Of a stretch of DNA of 64,000 nt, positions 24,169 through 39,108 are shown piece after piece. The notes below the pieces were generated by a model, which was not told the DNA's origin, did no database searches, and saw only the letters and a list, made by a program, of their open reading frames with translations. The translations under genes and the position numbers were made by a program. The stretch's first letter is position 1, and each line of letters starts with the position of its first letter. This DNA is from Chrysomallon squamiferum (taxonomy: Eukaryota; Animalia; Mollusca), in the NCBI GenBank assembly GCA_012295275.1, contig CM022679.1, positions 9,920,001 to 9,984,000 of the forward strand, read 5' to 3'.

Positions 24169-26287
24169 CTATTTACCTGGGATTAATTCAAATCTAGATA
24201 ATTACCTGTTACACGTACGTGTCTCGCGCTCGTATGCATGAAAACATAAGCGGATTTGCTGCCTGGAAATACACCTGATTTTCATTACGTTGCCGAAAGC
24301 GGCTAATATATGTATTTGTTAACAAGCATGAACACTTTTGAAGTTCTTGCTTTGGTTTCAGCCAACGAAGCAGCCAGTTTTTTTTTTTTGTTATTCTCTG
24401 CAGTTTATCAAAACAGTGACGGACGATTCGTGTTGACACTAAAACACTTTTTATTAACTTTTCGAGGATATTTTATCTGTTTGTTGTAGCAGAAGTTTTA
24501 CTTCATTCCTGTTTTAGAAGACGATAAAAAAAAAAAAAAAACGGCAAGAAAACGAGAATACAGAACGTTTCTAACAAAAATGGAATTCATTTGATTCGAA
24601 ACAAAAACACGAAATTTTGTGTTCATCATTACTCATTTCCAGCATAATTTCTCCGGAACTATGAATTGTTATTTTCCCGGATGAATTAGCAGAAATTATT
24701 CGTTATTCGGCAGTGGTAAGTACACAAGCAGTCTTGCATGTAACTGTTAAATCTCAAATACATCGTGATCATAGGCTTTTTAGCGACACGCGAAGCTTCA
24801 GACGTATCATGTCCTTCCAGCTGCGCAAACAGTGATTGTTTTTACAGAAAACTCTCATTCACCATTTGAATCATTCATTACACGTTCATTCACGGTTTGA
24901 ACCACTTAATTAACCGCGGACTTCCCACTAGGTAAATGCTGGTGAAGTTGCAGAATATTAAACCGTCGTCAAAGATCAGCGATTTCAAATTCTAAATTTT
25001 TAATTTATTTTATTTTATTTTATTATTTTACATATTATTATTTTTGGCAAACGTTAAGAATACTGTTAAGAATAATGTACAGCCTAATGAAAAGTGAGCT
25101 TTACAGATTTATTACGGTTAATTCGTCTACAGGAATTTTATGTTTGAAAATGTGAGCTGATATATCTTCATTGTAAGTAAGTATATTTACTGACTTAAAA
25201 ATTCGATTTACTTTATTATTATTATTGTTATTGTTATTGTTATTGTTATTGTTATTATTATTAGTAGTAGTAGTAGTAGTAGTAGTAGTATATCAGATAT
25301 CAGATATAGTTGTTATATTCATTCTCGATTTGGTTAATTCACTTATTTATATTCATTCTCGATTTGGAAATTCACTTATTTCTTTTAGATATTATTAATA
25401 TTCAAAATGAAAAGATTCGAGATCTCTTAAGTGACGTTTTGTTTTAGAATGCTGTTTAATACGCAGACTCAACCAAAATGAAATAACAACTGATAAAACA
25501 AAGTATATCGGTGTATATGAAAGAAAATGACTAATAAACAACACCACAGCGTACATTATGAAGTACTTTTTCATCTCTATAATTATTAACTTATACACGC
25601 GTGCGAAACAAGGACTGCGAACTCTAATCTCAAAGGTTAAGCCACTGGCACTAAAACTGATAGCAACTGCTACTCCGACGTTGGTAGCGCTTCTATCTAC
25701 AGATAACTGTTAAGATATAAAATTAATCCTTTAGCACTGTTCTGGACAAACAATTCATTTGTATGTTCAACACAGACGTGTTTAAAGCTGCTGTTGATAA
25801 AATGTTATGTAAATTATTATTAATATAGACAGGTATCTATCCTTATCTATAAAATCTAACGAAAAAAGGTAATTAATATAGAAAAATACCTATCCATACG
25901 TACGTACATACATACTTACACACATACACAAGAACACTATATATAATATATGCATGTATAAATACTTATATTATTTTTGTATAACATGCTGATATACTGT
26001 ATACAAAAAGACAGAAATGTAACATTTTCTTAGTTCTAAAACATATTATCAGTTTTCAATTTCGCAGCTATTATGAACACAAAGCCGTACAACAAATTAA
26101 ACGCGTTAAATCAAAGCTGTATCAAACATTTCTCATGTCGTAATCGTGAAATAAAAACTTAACGAAACAAAGGAAATTAAAGACTTTTTTGATTCTATCG
26201 CTAATTGTTCCTTTTCACGTAATTTGCAATACTGAAGTGGACGGCGTAATATTTACTAGCGATTACCGCGACCCTTTTTTTTTTCAG

Positions 26288-26427
26288 GTGGCTATAAACC
26301 TCGGAGCCGTATGATTCGAGTCTATGAAGTCGTTGTCGGCGTCGTTCATGTCGCATTCCTTGACCGCCTGAGTTACCTCGCGCGTAGCTGCAACCTGGCA
26401 CGACCCCAGAATGAGAGCTAATTGCAG
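26288..26427 (+). other. Candidate upstream exon of the RADIL-like gene (ATG at 26411 splices in frame)
   Basis: (t)13cag|GTGGCT...ATG AGA GCT AAT TGC AG|gtagac. The phase-2 donor matches the phase-2 acceptor at 30135, giving MRANCR-ACDKNQW. Confidence 0.45.
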
Positions 26428-26831
26428 GTAGACGTGTACTACTGCATTTACTCGTATTAAGTATAAATACGTTCTCTTTGTAAAGTCGTGACACGCAGAA
26501 ACCACACTGGTGATTAACGTCAAAGGCCGTGTATGGAAATTCTAAACAAAGTCGTTTACGAATTTAGAAAACTGGACAAACATCTTTTTGTGACACTAAG
26601 AGTTGACTCTATTTTTTCCTTTTTTTTTTTTTTTTTTTGTCCCGTTAACAGTTCGACTAGATATGTAGTGAATTTCGTTAGTTAAATATTTTATGAAGCT
26701 TTTCGTTTGTGTATTTATTTTTGTTTAATTTCAAAAATGATATCAGTAGGGAAAAACTGAACTGTATATAACTTTAAGGTAGATAGATATCAGTAACTGC
26801 ATGTTTATATTACGATTTCTCGGAAAAGGAG

Positions 26832-26877
<46 letters not shown>

Positions 26878-26974
26878 TGTGACATGATTTATTGTATATT
26901 ACGTCAGTTAATCTTTTTTTTTGTAGTTATATAATGTCGTACACATGACAGAATGTTCCCTGATCGTGAGTAGC

Positions 26975-27047
26975 AACCAAGGTCCGATCCGGAAACCTAC
27001 ACCACCTCGAGCAAAATACTCTATCATTGAGCCACATAACGCTCCTA
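26975..27047 (-). mobile_element. tRNA-derived SINE head
   Basis: The reverse complement GGAGCGTTATGTGGCTCAATGATAGAGTA...GGATCGGACC has an A-box-like and a B-box-like motif at tRNA spacing. No good cloverleaf. Confidence 0.5.
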
Positions 27048-27150
27048 GTTAACAGTAACTGTTATTAAGTATCTGAAATCACTGGAATGACGCTTTGAAA
27101 GAGGACACTCCTTATTGCTTTACCACATATATATATATATACATATATAC

Positions 27151-27254
<104 letters not shown>

Positions 27255-27556
27255 ACACCTAAGAGTGATTTATAATGCATTTAAACAGATACGAAAGAAT
27301 ACTTTTTTTACCAAGAGGCGTGATAAACCTGTCTGGGTACCGCCTAGGACTAATCCTACAAACCCCGTGCTTTGGGCATTAAAAACTAGTCCAGTCAGTA
27401 GTCTGCTTCAAAACGACGATATCAGTTGTTTAAAATAAAATTTAAAAAAAGAAGAGAAAATTCAATTAGGAAGTTTAAACACGATGCGTCCTCTCACTTG
27501 TATTTACTCAGGATTCGATGTTGTGGCCCGTTTCTAATTCTTTTTCCCAAAAAAGA

Positions 27557-27610
<54 letters not shown>

Positions 27611-28014
27611 AAATGGAACACTAGAGAGAGAGGGGGACGAAAATGGAACAATATACAAAAAGCTCAGAAAGAAACGTAAAAGAAAAGAAATGGGAGAGAA
27701 AAAAAAAAAAACTGAAGAAAAAGAAAGGAACGAAACAAAAAAGAAATTCCTAGATATAACCGTTAGAAACCACGATGAATCACAGTGGCTCCCAGGCGTC
27801 CTTTTTTTTTTTTTTTTTCATGTACTTTTCTCAAAAGTAGGTTTTTTCACCTGTTGAACTCAGAGGTGAGTTAACGGGGGAATGCGAACAAACTGCAAAC
27901 TAGTGTGACTCTAAATGTCAGATTTGAACACAATGACCAGGGGCAATTTGACGTTAAGTTCGTTAGTTTCATCATCAAAGAGTCTAGGCTATTTAAAAAA
28001 ACAACAACACCCAG

Positions 28015-28346
28015 TTAATTATTACTACTATTGGTTCACTATGTTACTAGTACTACTGCTAGTACTACAACTTCTAATATTACTACTACCTGTTGCTGCT
28101 ACTACTATTACTACTACTTGTACTGCTACTATTGCGGTTGCTGCTGCTACTATTTTAACTTCTGCTATTGCGTCTACCAATAAATAGTCTACTACTAATG
28201 TACTATACTATATCTATGGAAACTTCTCTACAAATGCTGTACCACTATATTACAACAACTACAACTACTATTACTACTACTACTACTACTACTACCACCA
28301 CTACTGTTAATATTAATACTACAACTGGTTCTAATTATCATCATCA

Positions 28347-28414
<68 letters not shown>

Positions 28415-28415
28415 T
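28015..28415. repeat. Compound (CTA)n/(CAT)n/(TAT)n low-complexity tract
   Basis: Imperfect trinucleotide repeats that generate spurious poly-T/poly-Y ORFs. Confidence 0.9.
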
Positions 28416-30134
28416 AAAGCTACAAAACAGTACATCATTAAAATACCTGTCCACCATCAGAAAGACCATGTTTAATGTTTTAGAAATTATTTGTCAAGAC
28501 AGTACAGATGTACTATTTTCACTGCATACATGCCAGCAGAAACTTTTTTTCAGATACAAATCGCCAGCAAAACGCTATTGTTAACATGAAACTATTATTC
28601 TCAACGAGTGAGGAGATCGGTTGTATTGTAGCCTCTTTGAACATTTTGTTATACACATAAAGGTATACAGAGACCCATTCAAAACGTTTACAGAAACGTA
28701 TGTTTGTACTAAGTGAGTACTTATTAAGTGAAGTGTATCTTGCGATAAGAAACCCCCGCTGTGAAAGAGACACATCAGTAATAATTACTCGACTCCTGTT
28801 CATTTTGCCATCAGAGATTTTTTTTAGTGTATAAATGATTCTCTTCGAGCTTATTTATCTTTGTAACTGATGGCAATACTTCGCCAGTGAATAAAATAAA
28901 CACGATTATTTTATGTTTAAATGCGCGATGGTGTGAAAATTTTGAGAAATTAAAGTAAATGAAGTAAAATATATGGATATGCATGATTTGAGATACAGTT
29001 TTTATTTTCTTATCTTTGATGTCACCGCTGTATAAATATTAGCGTACTTTATATACTTCCACCAATGTTATTTTTACTTTCCTTTTTTTTTTTTTTTTTT
29101 TTTTTTATTTTTTTTAAAATTAATTTTAAATCTTATAAATACATCCATACATAATGAAAAGGCCTTTTTTTGTTTTTAATATAAATGTTACATTTTTTTT
29201 TAATTTTATTATTTAAATAACTTCTCTTATATTATAGCTTAAATTTTTTTTTTTTTTTAACGTTCTTCTCATTTTTATTTGGTTATTATTATTGTTGTTG
29301 TTATGATGTTTGCTGTTGTAGTTTTAATAAAAAGATTTTTTTGATGACATAAAATACAAAAGATGTAGGTTGGCAGACAACCTAAAGTTAAAAGACATAC
29401 GAAACCACATACAAAACTGTAAGGCCCACCAGTATCTTATTACACGCGATTCCACGATGCAAATAAAAACAGGCCATTTGAATATAAATAAAAAGAATAA
29501 GAAAAGTTATTCATTATCTACGACACTATCTGTTTGTGTCAAGGTGAGAACGTTAACACTATCTAAACAAGTCTGACAAGCATCTGAATGCGAGCTTCTT
29601 CACAAGTAATGTAAAACTGTTTTTTTTTCAAACAGCGAGAATATTGTCGTCAGGGATCGAAGTCTTAAATTCACCATCAGAGCGAAAAATAACTACGCCC
29701 CGTTTCCCACACAGATTTGACTGTCAGACAAAAGAACGAAGTCTTCATGGGTTAATAACACTGAGAGAGAGAGAGAGAAAAAAAAAAAAATCAGCCTCTA
29801 GCGAATATTGTAGAATACTGATAATATTTAGTTCGTATTTATGTGTAAATGCATGCACTCAGTGATAAGAAAGAAGAAAAGGAATGAAAAGGAAAGAGAG
29901 AGTGAGAGAAAAGGAAAGATAAAAGAATGCGTAAAAATGAGCATCAGTGAATCACAAAAGATGTGTTCGACTCAAAGGAAGCCTACATTTGTTAAAACTG
30001 ATCAAGTATTAGATTGTCCAAGGCGATGGGAAAAAGTGAATTAAGCTGTTCGGTTCAATTTGGCGTGAAGCCGCGTGGTTGTAGTAGAATGAAGCAAAAA
30101 TAATTGATTTCATACTTTTTTTATTGTATTTCAG

Positions 30135-33100
30135 AGCGTGTGACAAAAACCAGTGGAAACTGAAAGAAAACATGATGAACAAAGATCGGGCGCTTAATCA
30201 ACAGGACTCCTCGAGTAAAGAAATCCTCACCCCTAGAGGAGGTGGATTAACGATCAAAGCTAAAGTGACGCGAAGTCTGTCGACTTCTCAAAGCGACAAA
30301 ATCTTCCAGGAGTCGCTCAAACCGAAAGCCGAACTCTCAGTGGACGACAGAGCTCCTGGGGTTTTAAAAATATTTGGTGAATCGATTCTTCCAGGAGCGG
30401 AGTACAAGAGCGTTCTCGCATCGTCTAGGTCCACCTCCCAGGAACTTGTGAAGCAAGCTTTGGAAAGGTACAGCCAACCAGCCAATGCTTACAGGGAATA
30501 CGTGCTCTGCGATACTGTTGGTCAATTGACATCTGATAAAGTATGGGAAACGGTTTACGTTCGCGTGCTAGGCGATTCTGACAAACCACTGGAGCTGCAA
30601 GATTTCTGGAAACCCGTGGATGGGTTCAGCAGACGTTATGAACTGCACAAGAGAAATGACGTCATTCGAGAAACAGTAGTGGACGACACTTCGGGAATTA
30701 ACAAAAACGCTAGAAAGATAATGATTTCCAAAGTTCACGCTGGTGCAATCCCATACACAAATTCGTGGAATGATTCAAACGTTGGCAGTGATGAGGTGTT
30801 TAAAAGTAATACTACTATTCTTGAGGTTTCGGATGTTAATTTGAGAGGAACGGGACCACACACTTTCGCTCTCCATCCCTATCTGCTCACGCTGAGAGGA
30901 TTCGATACTAAGACTGATTCAATGCAGTATCCTTTAAAATCAAAATGTACCACGGTGGGGAAGTTCAAAGGACATCCCTACGCGTCTGAAATTGGTCTCT
31001 CCTCTCCCGATATACTTCCGAAGCACTGTCGTCTGCATTTGAAATCTTTGCAGCAGTGCATATCGAGTTTCCATTCGGATCAGAGATATTCATTCTTTGT
31101 AGAAGTGGAGGTGTTCGAATCTGCGAGGGTTTCTATCAATGGCCACAGTGTTCACGGTAAAGCCGATATGTATGCAGGCGATGTTCTGACAATTGGAAGA
31201 CATTACATGTTTTTATATAAAGACCCAACGGGCGGACATGACATCCCACAACAACTCTGTTGGTTCACACGCAGTCAGAACTACATCAACGCAACGCTGT
31301 CGTCACCTACAACCGTAGAGGAACACGTTCTGGACGACCAGTTCAACGTGACGTCATCGGAGGATTTGACGTCTGCTTCTTTTGAGGCGGCAGACGATCA
31401 GCCTCACGGATATCAAGTTAGTCTGATGTATTCGAAAGAAAAGGAAGACCAGCTTGTCAATGCAATAACAGAGATCCACTGTGCTGGAACGGGAGATTAC
31501 CCTCTTGCTCCGGCAGTGTTTTTTGTAGCTTGTTTAGATTGTGCTGCCAGGAAGTTCAGTAGGCACCATATAAGTAACTTATACAAAAGGATTTTGTACT
31601 GTATTCGTACAAAAATAGCGGTAAGGATTGTCATAATTTTTTCTTTATTTTTCTTTTTATCTTTTTTTTTTTTTTTAATTCACTCTAGTTCATTTTATTT
31701 TTTTCTATTTTATTTTTAAATAATAAATAATAAAAATTAAAATAATAATGTAAATTTTTATTTCTTATACTTGTAGACTGTAATTTAATCTCAGAAATAG
31801 AAAAGCCGGATCTTTGAATCTCGAAAAGTTTGAAATCATTTAGCCTTTTTCTTATTATTTTATTTAGAATTAAATATAATGTTTTTTCTTGTTTTTTGTT
31901 TGTTTTTTCCCCATCAGAGTTTAGCTAAGACGTTTTCATCACAGCGGTATCAAAGGTTAGTGTTTCTCATGGCAGTTGATTTATAAGTTTCAGTGGTAAT
32001 GATTTTCCATTCAGTTTCGAGAATGGCAGTAACAAACGGCAATCTGCAACGTAATGCACGATGTGTGTTTTTTTTTCATTGATCTAAACTTCCGAGTTAT
32101 TTTCCTTTTTACCTTTTTTTTTTTTTTTTTTATTATTAATAATCTGTTGCGCGTAGGCACTATTATATAGCCATGGTTTCAATCCAAGATTGCAATAAAT
32201 CTACGACAGACTTAAAGTATCCAGTTGATAATTCCGTTAGCTATACCTCATTTTAACTCGATAACCTTTTACGTTTTGAAAATATTTTATATTTTTCTGT
32301 TTCGCTTTTGTCATTAAGAAATATAAATGATATTCATTAATATTATTATAGTTGCAACAACACTTTATAGTACTTCATTTAAATGCGCGTGCTTTCTTTT
32401 GTGCTTTATGTGTGTATATATTTTCCCGTTCCAGCCAGCTGTTCGATCCAAATGCACCAGAAAAAGACAGTGACCCACTACGTCACCTCTTTTTCTGGTT
32501 GTCCAACTGTGTTCAGCTGTATACGCATTTACAGCATGATCTCGCGACTTTTGGCGCCAATCCCGACCCCGAAGACGACAGATATGCTGGTTTATACGAG
32601 CTTGTTATCGGCTTAGAAGACATGATCAGTTTTACCTTCCAGCAAACGATATATTCAGTTACTAAGGTCAGTGTAAAACTGAAAAGATTTACTTACAGAT
32701 AGGCCATGTAATGAAAAAATAAAATAATAATAGTAGTAGTAGTAGTAACAGTAGAAGAAATAGTAAGTAAATAAATAAATAAAGATGTTAATTATAATAG
32801 TATAGCTTAGTTGAGAAAACAATTAAGTAGTAAAATAAAATAAATCGCTCGATTGATATTACATAATTTAAACAAATAATTGGTAAGACACGCTAAATGG
32901 CAAGTTTATTTGTAGAAATAGAAAAACATTTCGAGAAATAGATATGTATTTCCACAGGAATGGACCATTCCCTACAAATATCAAAATAATAAATAAATAA
33001 TTAAATAAATGATACCCCATTTTGCAGATTCTGTATCCGTTAATTTCCGCCATTTTGGAGAGCAATCCTTTCAGCAGCGGTGAAACCATAGAAAAGGATG

Positions 33101-36100
33101 CTGTTGCTCAGACAATTAACATTTTGCAGACGATAAAGGACATAGCATCAGAACTGAAACTGCATAGTGACGTCAGCAAACAACTAGCAATGTACCTCTT
33201 CTTCTTCCTCAGTACTTCAATGTTCAACAGAATCATTGCCAAAGGTATTAAAAGGAAAATCATTACAGGATATCTATTTTAATATTGGGATAATACAGTT
33301 TTTACTACAACATCAGGCAAAACTTTGAGAATACATAATGGAAAAAAAACTAATTTCAATTTCGTATCAGGGATTACGTAAAAATAATTTAAGTGTAAAG
33401 AATTTTCTAATTTAAACAAATATTAAAACTGAAATACAAAATCAATGTGTAGCAGAGTCAAGGCGTTTGAACCTAAAGATAACGCAGTGCTGTTTTTTGT
33501 ATTGTAAAGTTTCAGAACATGGTCAGTGTGCCTATAACTGGACATCAGGGGTTCGTCTCCAGGCGACTCTTAGTCGACTAGAAGACTGGGCAGCCACTGC
33601 CGACCTTGAAATGGATTATCTTCGAATCTCTGAAAAACTTATAGCAGTAGCTGACCTGCTAGCCATGTCTAAACACATTCTGATGCGGGTAAGTAGAGCT
33701 TATTCCGAACAAGAGAATAAAACATAAATTGAAGTAAAAATTTCTTATAAGGACAGCTTTGAAGTCTGCAATAGCAGAAAATAAAACTGATTATTACTGG
33801 TGAAGAGTATTCAATGAAATTTTTTTTACTAGTTTTAGAGAAAAGTTAAATTCGTTATTTCACCGTTGTATAGCATATTACATAGTATTTGTTTTCTTTT
33901 TATTACAGATGGACTGGCAAGCTTTCAAAACCCAGTTCTCACCACTGAACGAAATACAGCTTCTCAAACTGCTTAGCAACTACGATCTCGGACCTCGTCG
34001 TCAAGCACCGAAAGACTGGTTTCCAACAGACATGGCGACTTATAACTTACAAAGCACTCAAGGTTAGGGTTTTCATAATTTCATACTCATTCACTTTATA
34101 TTGTAATGTAATATTTTGATTTAGGAAATAAGAAAAGTAAAGGGGCGAGAAGATTTTAGTGGATGTACCTTTGAATTTCATTATAAAGAAAACTAACAGT
34201 CGTCAAAAAAATGGTGTTTTTATTCGTAGATTCAACGTGTGCATTTAATATCCTTTGCATATTCCTATTATTTTCGTACAACAGTAACTTTAATAGAATC
34301 TATATTTCTGAAATTATTGTAGAGCTTCAAGTTAGCCTTTCGTCACATCCAGCATTTGTGGTACCAAAAGAAGGAACGAAAGTGGATTTAACACAACACT
34401 TCCCAGAAGGCCTGTACAGGCAGCTTGATGTCCTACAAAATCTGTACGGTGCGATTGAAGGTAAATATAATATTTAATGTTATTCATTACTTATTATTTA
34501 CAGCCTCAGAAAGTATTTGGATTTAATAAAAAATTAATTCAGAGTTAAAATAAATTTCAAAGTCTTGTTATGGAATTAAAATTTTGAACCATATTTCTCG
34601 TGGAACATTTTTAATAAACTTTTCACAAAACAGATGCTGATTAACTGTAGAGAAAATACTATTTCAGTTATTTGATGATAAACTAGGTTTTCAACGCCTT
34701 ATGAATATATCAATACATACAAAACAGAAAGCATTTGATACGTTTTATCATTCTTGTATCTAGACGACAACGACAGCGGTTTGAGTGTCAGCAACACGCC
34801 TAGAGTATCGTTCGAACCGAGGCAGACGAGTCCGAAAACGCCATTTTACTACACCGCTGTTCAACAGGACAGGAAACAAAGTGACCAGAACACCGCCAAC
34901 CACAAAAAGCAGCGAAACAGCCATCCGTGGTCGTACCAGTCTCATCGCCAGGGTTCATATGAAGAACATCAACAAATATTAAACGACGAGAACTGGCAAC
35001 AGAAACAGTCGGGATATTTACAGAACAGCGAACTTGCTGCGCCCAAAGGTGTGTCAGTGACCAGAAAGGTGAATTCGACTTTCAAAGTACCACCGCTGAA
35101 ACTTCCAAAGGATGACGATTCGTGCAGTTCAGAAGAACCTCCTCCTCCTCCTTTACCAAAGAAATCGTATCCATCGACATTTACAAAAAGCATTTCAAAA
35201 TCAGCAGACAATTTAAATAACATTGGCCTAGTGGCGCGAAATCGACATCGTTCGGCTGCTGAGGCTTCTCCGCCTCGTTCGGGTGGCCTTTTTGGTTCCC
35301 ATAGCAACGGGACTAATGACCACTTACACACGAATCAACCTTTTTCGTCCGATTCAAATATAAACAATCAGTTTTCTGCATATCTACCTCCTGCACCAGG
35401 ATCTAGAAAATTACCGACGGAATTGCCTTACGAAACTCTTAACATATCAGGTAAATGAATGCTACACACGTAGCCTATATGATAACATTCTTTACTGAAA
35501 TAATTATCTTCATTCGAAATAAATTATTGTCTTTGTATGTTTTTACCAAATATCGTCATTCACAATTGAGTTTATCTAATGTTGTACCAAAAATGCTCGA
35601 CAAACATCTTATCGTTCAGTATATTAAAGGCTTTTATTTAATATTTGATTCCTAACCATCATTTCACTTTTGAATGAAAAATTAATTGTTATTTACAATT
35701 TAAAAAAAAAAAAAAAAAAAAATCATGAATGTGATTACTTACATGCTATTTTTAAAATATTTTTTTATAAAGCTTGTTACTTATGGGTTATCGATTTACG
35801 TTGCAGACTGTTAAATCTACTTAGGTAATACATAATTAAGGTATTTATTTGTTTTAACTTACAAAATCATATTTTATTACTGTTTGCTGTTGCCTCTTTA
35901 TTTAAATATATGTTGCGGCTTCATTAGTTTCTTTGCCAAGCCTGCCTTTTTATTTAGTTTGCATTGCTTACTAGTAGAGGTTTAGTTTGTTTTTATTATT
36001 TCTATTATTATTATCTGATGACAGTGCATGACAAAATGGCTATTTCGTAAAATAATAAATTATTCAAAATTGAGTTGTCTGGTTCTGCATGGAATTTGTT

Positions 36101-36328
36101 TTGTGAAATATAGAGCTGATGTATTGCTTCATGTTAAAAATGCTTTTTTAATTTTTTTTTTTAATTTTTTTGTCTGCACTGAGCTTTATTTTTGTTTACT
36201 GTCTCATGGAGGAGTTCAGGCATTAGTTCAGATTTTAAGGAAAAAATATTTTATAAATCTTTAAATATCAGTAGCCATCCCCAGAAAATATTATTTATAT
36301 ATAAATACGTTTTCATCACCATATTCTT

Positions 36329-36359
<31 letters not shown>

Positions 36360-36602
36360 TTATTATTATTATCGACAGTTGTACATTATTTATTTATTTA
36401 TTTATTCTGAACAGTCTTTGGATGTGCTTTATATTTACAACTACGGACGCATTCATATTAAACATAATTATATAAAAATATGGTAATATATTTAATCTGA
36501 TGTTACCCCGGAGTTATGCAGAAGAAACGATATGGACACACATTTTCCAAATTTGTTCTCAAATATATGTCGCTCAGTTTCCTAAAACTAATATTAAAAA
36601 AC

Positions 36603-36640
<38 letters not shown>

Positions 36641-37335
36641 AAAAAAATGACCTGTCGTTGATTTTTTGACAATGATATAAAAGGAATACTGGCCAACCTT
36701 AATTACCTAAAGTCCGATCTACACACACTATAAACACAAACTAACAACGTGTTGTAATTAATTAACATCATTATTAAATGGATCAACAAAACAACAACAA
36801 AAAAAAAAAAACCCAAAAAAAAAAAAAACCACATTGCAACATTTAAACTTCATCATTGTACTTAAAATTAGTAATACGTCAATTAGAAATTAATAACTAG
36901 TTTATTCTACTTCTGCAAGATTATTCAAATGCTGTAGGAAATTATATTAAAGAAACATTATCAGAAACATTACAATACTGATCTGCGCTGTTTTTTTAAT
37001 TTTAAACATAAAAATAAGTGATCATTCATGATAATGGTTTGTGTAATTAATTTATATTAAATATTCAGGTTTAAGCAACAGAATCACATCGTCCGGTCTT
37101 GATTTGTTTGATAGCGGAATGCCACGGTGCAGACGCTCTCTGCCATACATGCAAGACACGAGCTCCAGTGACACGACTGGAGACGTAGTAATTGTTACGC
37201 TAGAAAAAGAAGGGACACAACTTGGTCTTGGTTTGATAGACGGTCTGGTGAGTAAACTGAGCCTGTTACGTACTCAAATTTATTTTATGTTTATATTTAT
37301 TTCCGATTTAAAACCCCTTAATTAAAAATAATAAT

Positions 37336-37375
<40 letters not shown>

Positions 37376-37821
37376 TAAAAAGCATCTGAAACAAATATAG
37401 CTAATTCTATATTTTTGAATACTTGTATTATTACTACTGCTACTACTACTACTTCCACTACCACTACTACTACTACTACTACCACTAATACTACAACAAC
37501 TACTACTACAACAACTATTATTACTAATATTATTGTTATTTACTGTAAGAATTATGCTCAGGAATTTAAAAAAAATCATTGTCGACTTAGAATCTCTGAA
37601 ATATTTCGATGTACTTTAAACGAAATGCATAGCAATAATATTTTAAATAAATTTCAGTACACACCTTTAAAGACAGCGGGGATTTATGTGAAAAATATAC
37701 TTCGTGACAGTCCTGCCTTTCGAAACAAAAATTTGCAAATTGGAGATCGAATTCTAGCGGTCAATGGTAAAAGCATTATTGGTTTTGATTACCAGAGGTA
37801 ATATATAATTATTTATTAATA

Positions 37822-37852
<31 letters not shown>

Positions 37853-38316
37853 TTTATTTATTTAACCATTCATTTGTTTAATCGTTCCATTATCAGCGCC
37901 TGTCAAATACATTTTTAAAATGCCTTTTTTGAAAGTTATTTTTAGAGGCGCAGAAATCAGATATGAATTTTTGATTTCTAATTCTTGTTATTTATTTTAA
38001 ACACAGTCAAATAAATATTTTAAATATTATATAGGAAGCAATGACTACATAATAAAAATTAATTATAATTTTTTTTAAAAATAAGAAAAAAGAAAGCAAA
38101 ACAAAAAAAATTAAAAAATATAATTTTACCGAAATACATATACTTTTATACAGATATATATATATAACTTATATCAATGCTGAACTAATAATTTTAAAAT
38201 GTTTATTTATTTACAGCGCTATGAAACTTATCAAGACGTCAGGTCAAAAACTGAACTTTCTTGTTGCTAAAGGAAACGAAAATGTCATAAATCAGATATC
38301 ATCTTCAAAATTCTGA
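30135..38316 (+). CDS. RADIL: Ras-associating and dilute domain-containing protein (RA, FHA-like, DIL, C-terminal PDZ)
   Basis: Exons 30135-31620 (ATG 30172), 31918-31955, 32435-32666, 33028-33244, 33510-33688, 33909-34062, 34323-34460, 34764-35450, 37069-37247, 37658-37797, 38217-38316, all phase-consistent. RA: APGVLKIFGESILPGAEYKSVLA...LVKQALERY. FHA-like: PDILPKHC...GDVLTIGRHYMFLYKDP. DIL: FWLSN...YLFFFLSTSMFN...WTSGV...LEDWA. PDZ: LGLGLIDG...GIYVK...GDRILAVNG. Confidence 0.9.
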
Positions 38317-39072
38317 AACGCATTCCAGACACCCGCTTCACAGTATATGACAACAGATTACACTACATTTTAAAAAATATCTGTACAATGTGTGACCCGT
38401 TACACATCTCTTATTAATTCATATATACATACTGCCTGTACCTAAACATACAGAGGAAAAAGATTTATCGACTCGGGAATTCAGATTGCAAGAAAAACTG
38501 GAGACAAAAGTTCACCAAACAGTCCCATACACATTATTTTGTCTTAAAATTAATTTGTATATGCATGTATTTATTTATATTTATGTATGACTGTTTAAGT
38601 ATATATGGTACATTTTAGCATACTAATTTTATAAATGTATATATGTATAATGTATGATGCATGAATATATTTTTGTATGTATGTATGTATGTATGCATGT
38701 AAGTATCTCTGTACATATATATATGTATTGATTTATGTATCTATGTATTTATATACATGTATGTATGATGTTTGTGTGTGTGTATGTATGTAATATTAAA
38801 TATTGATTATTGATATTAAGTACTTGAGAAATATTTCCTGATACTGAATGTTGAAAATATGTAACTTAATAAAAATGTTCTATATATTTATAATACGTAA
38901 TTATGACTTTTTATTTCTATATCTTAAATTCTAAATAAATACTATTTTTTATCTACGTCCATTTCGATTTTGGAAACTCAAAGATATTTTTAAATAAATA
39001 AAAATAAAACTACAGATTTATTACTCCACTAATCCATTTTTGAAATGCATATGTGGGTTTGTGCACACACGC

Positions 39073-39108
<36 letters not shown>

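Noticed and set aside
25313-25382. 35-bp direct repeat, two copies
   Set aside because: A simple local slippage duplication with no evidence of function.
26201-26523. Two minus-strand ORFs (97 and 79 aa)
   Set aside because: No recognisable domain. The splice signals favour a plus-strand exon.
26975-27047. tRNA gene (also at 40342-40550 and ~8085-8130)
   Set aside because: A/B-box-like remnants only, with no intact cloverleaf. Better explained as SINE heads.
27426-28584. Lys/Glu/Arg-rich and poly-Thr/Tyr ORFs
   Set aside because: Generated by (AG)n, poly-A and trinucleotide repeats.
34760-35331. Overlapping antisense and alternative-frame ORFs within the RADIL exon
   Set aside because: Expected by-products of a GC-richer coding exon.
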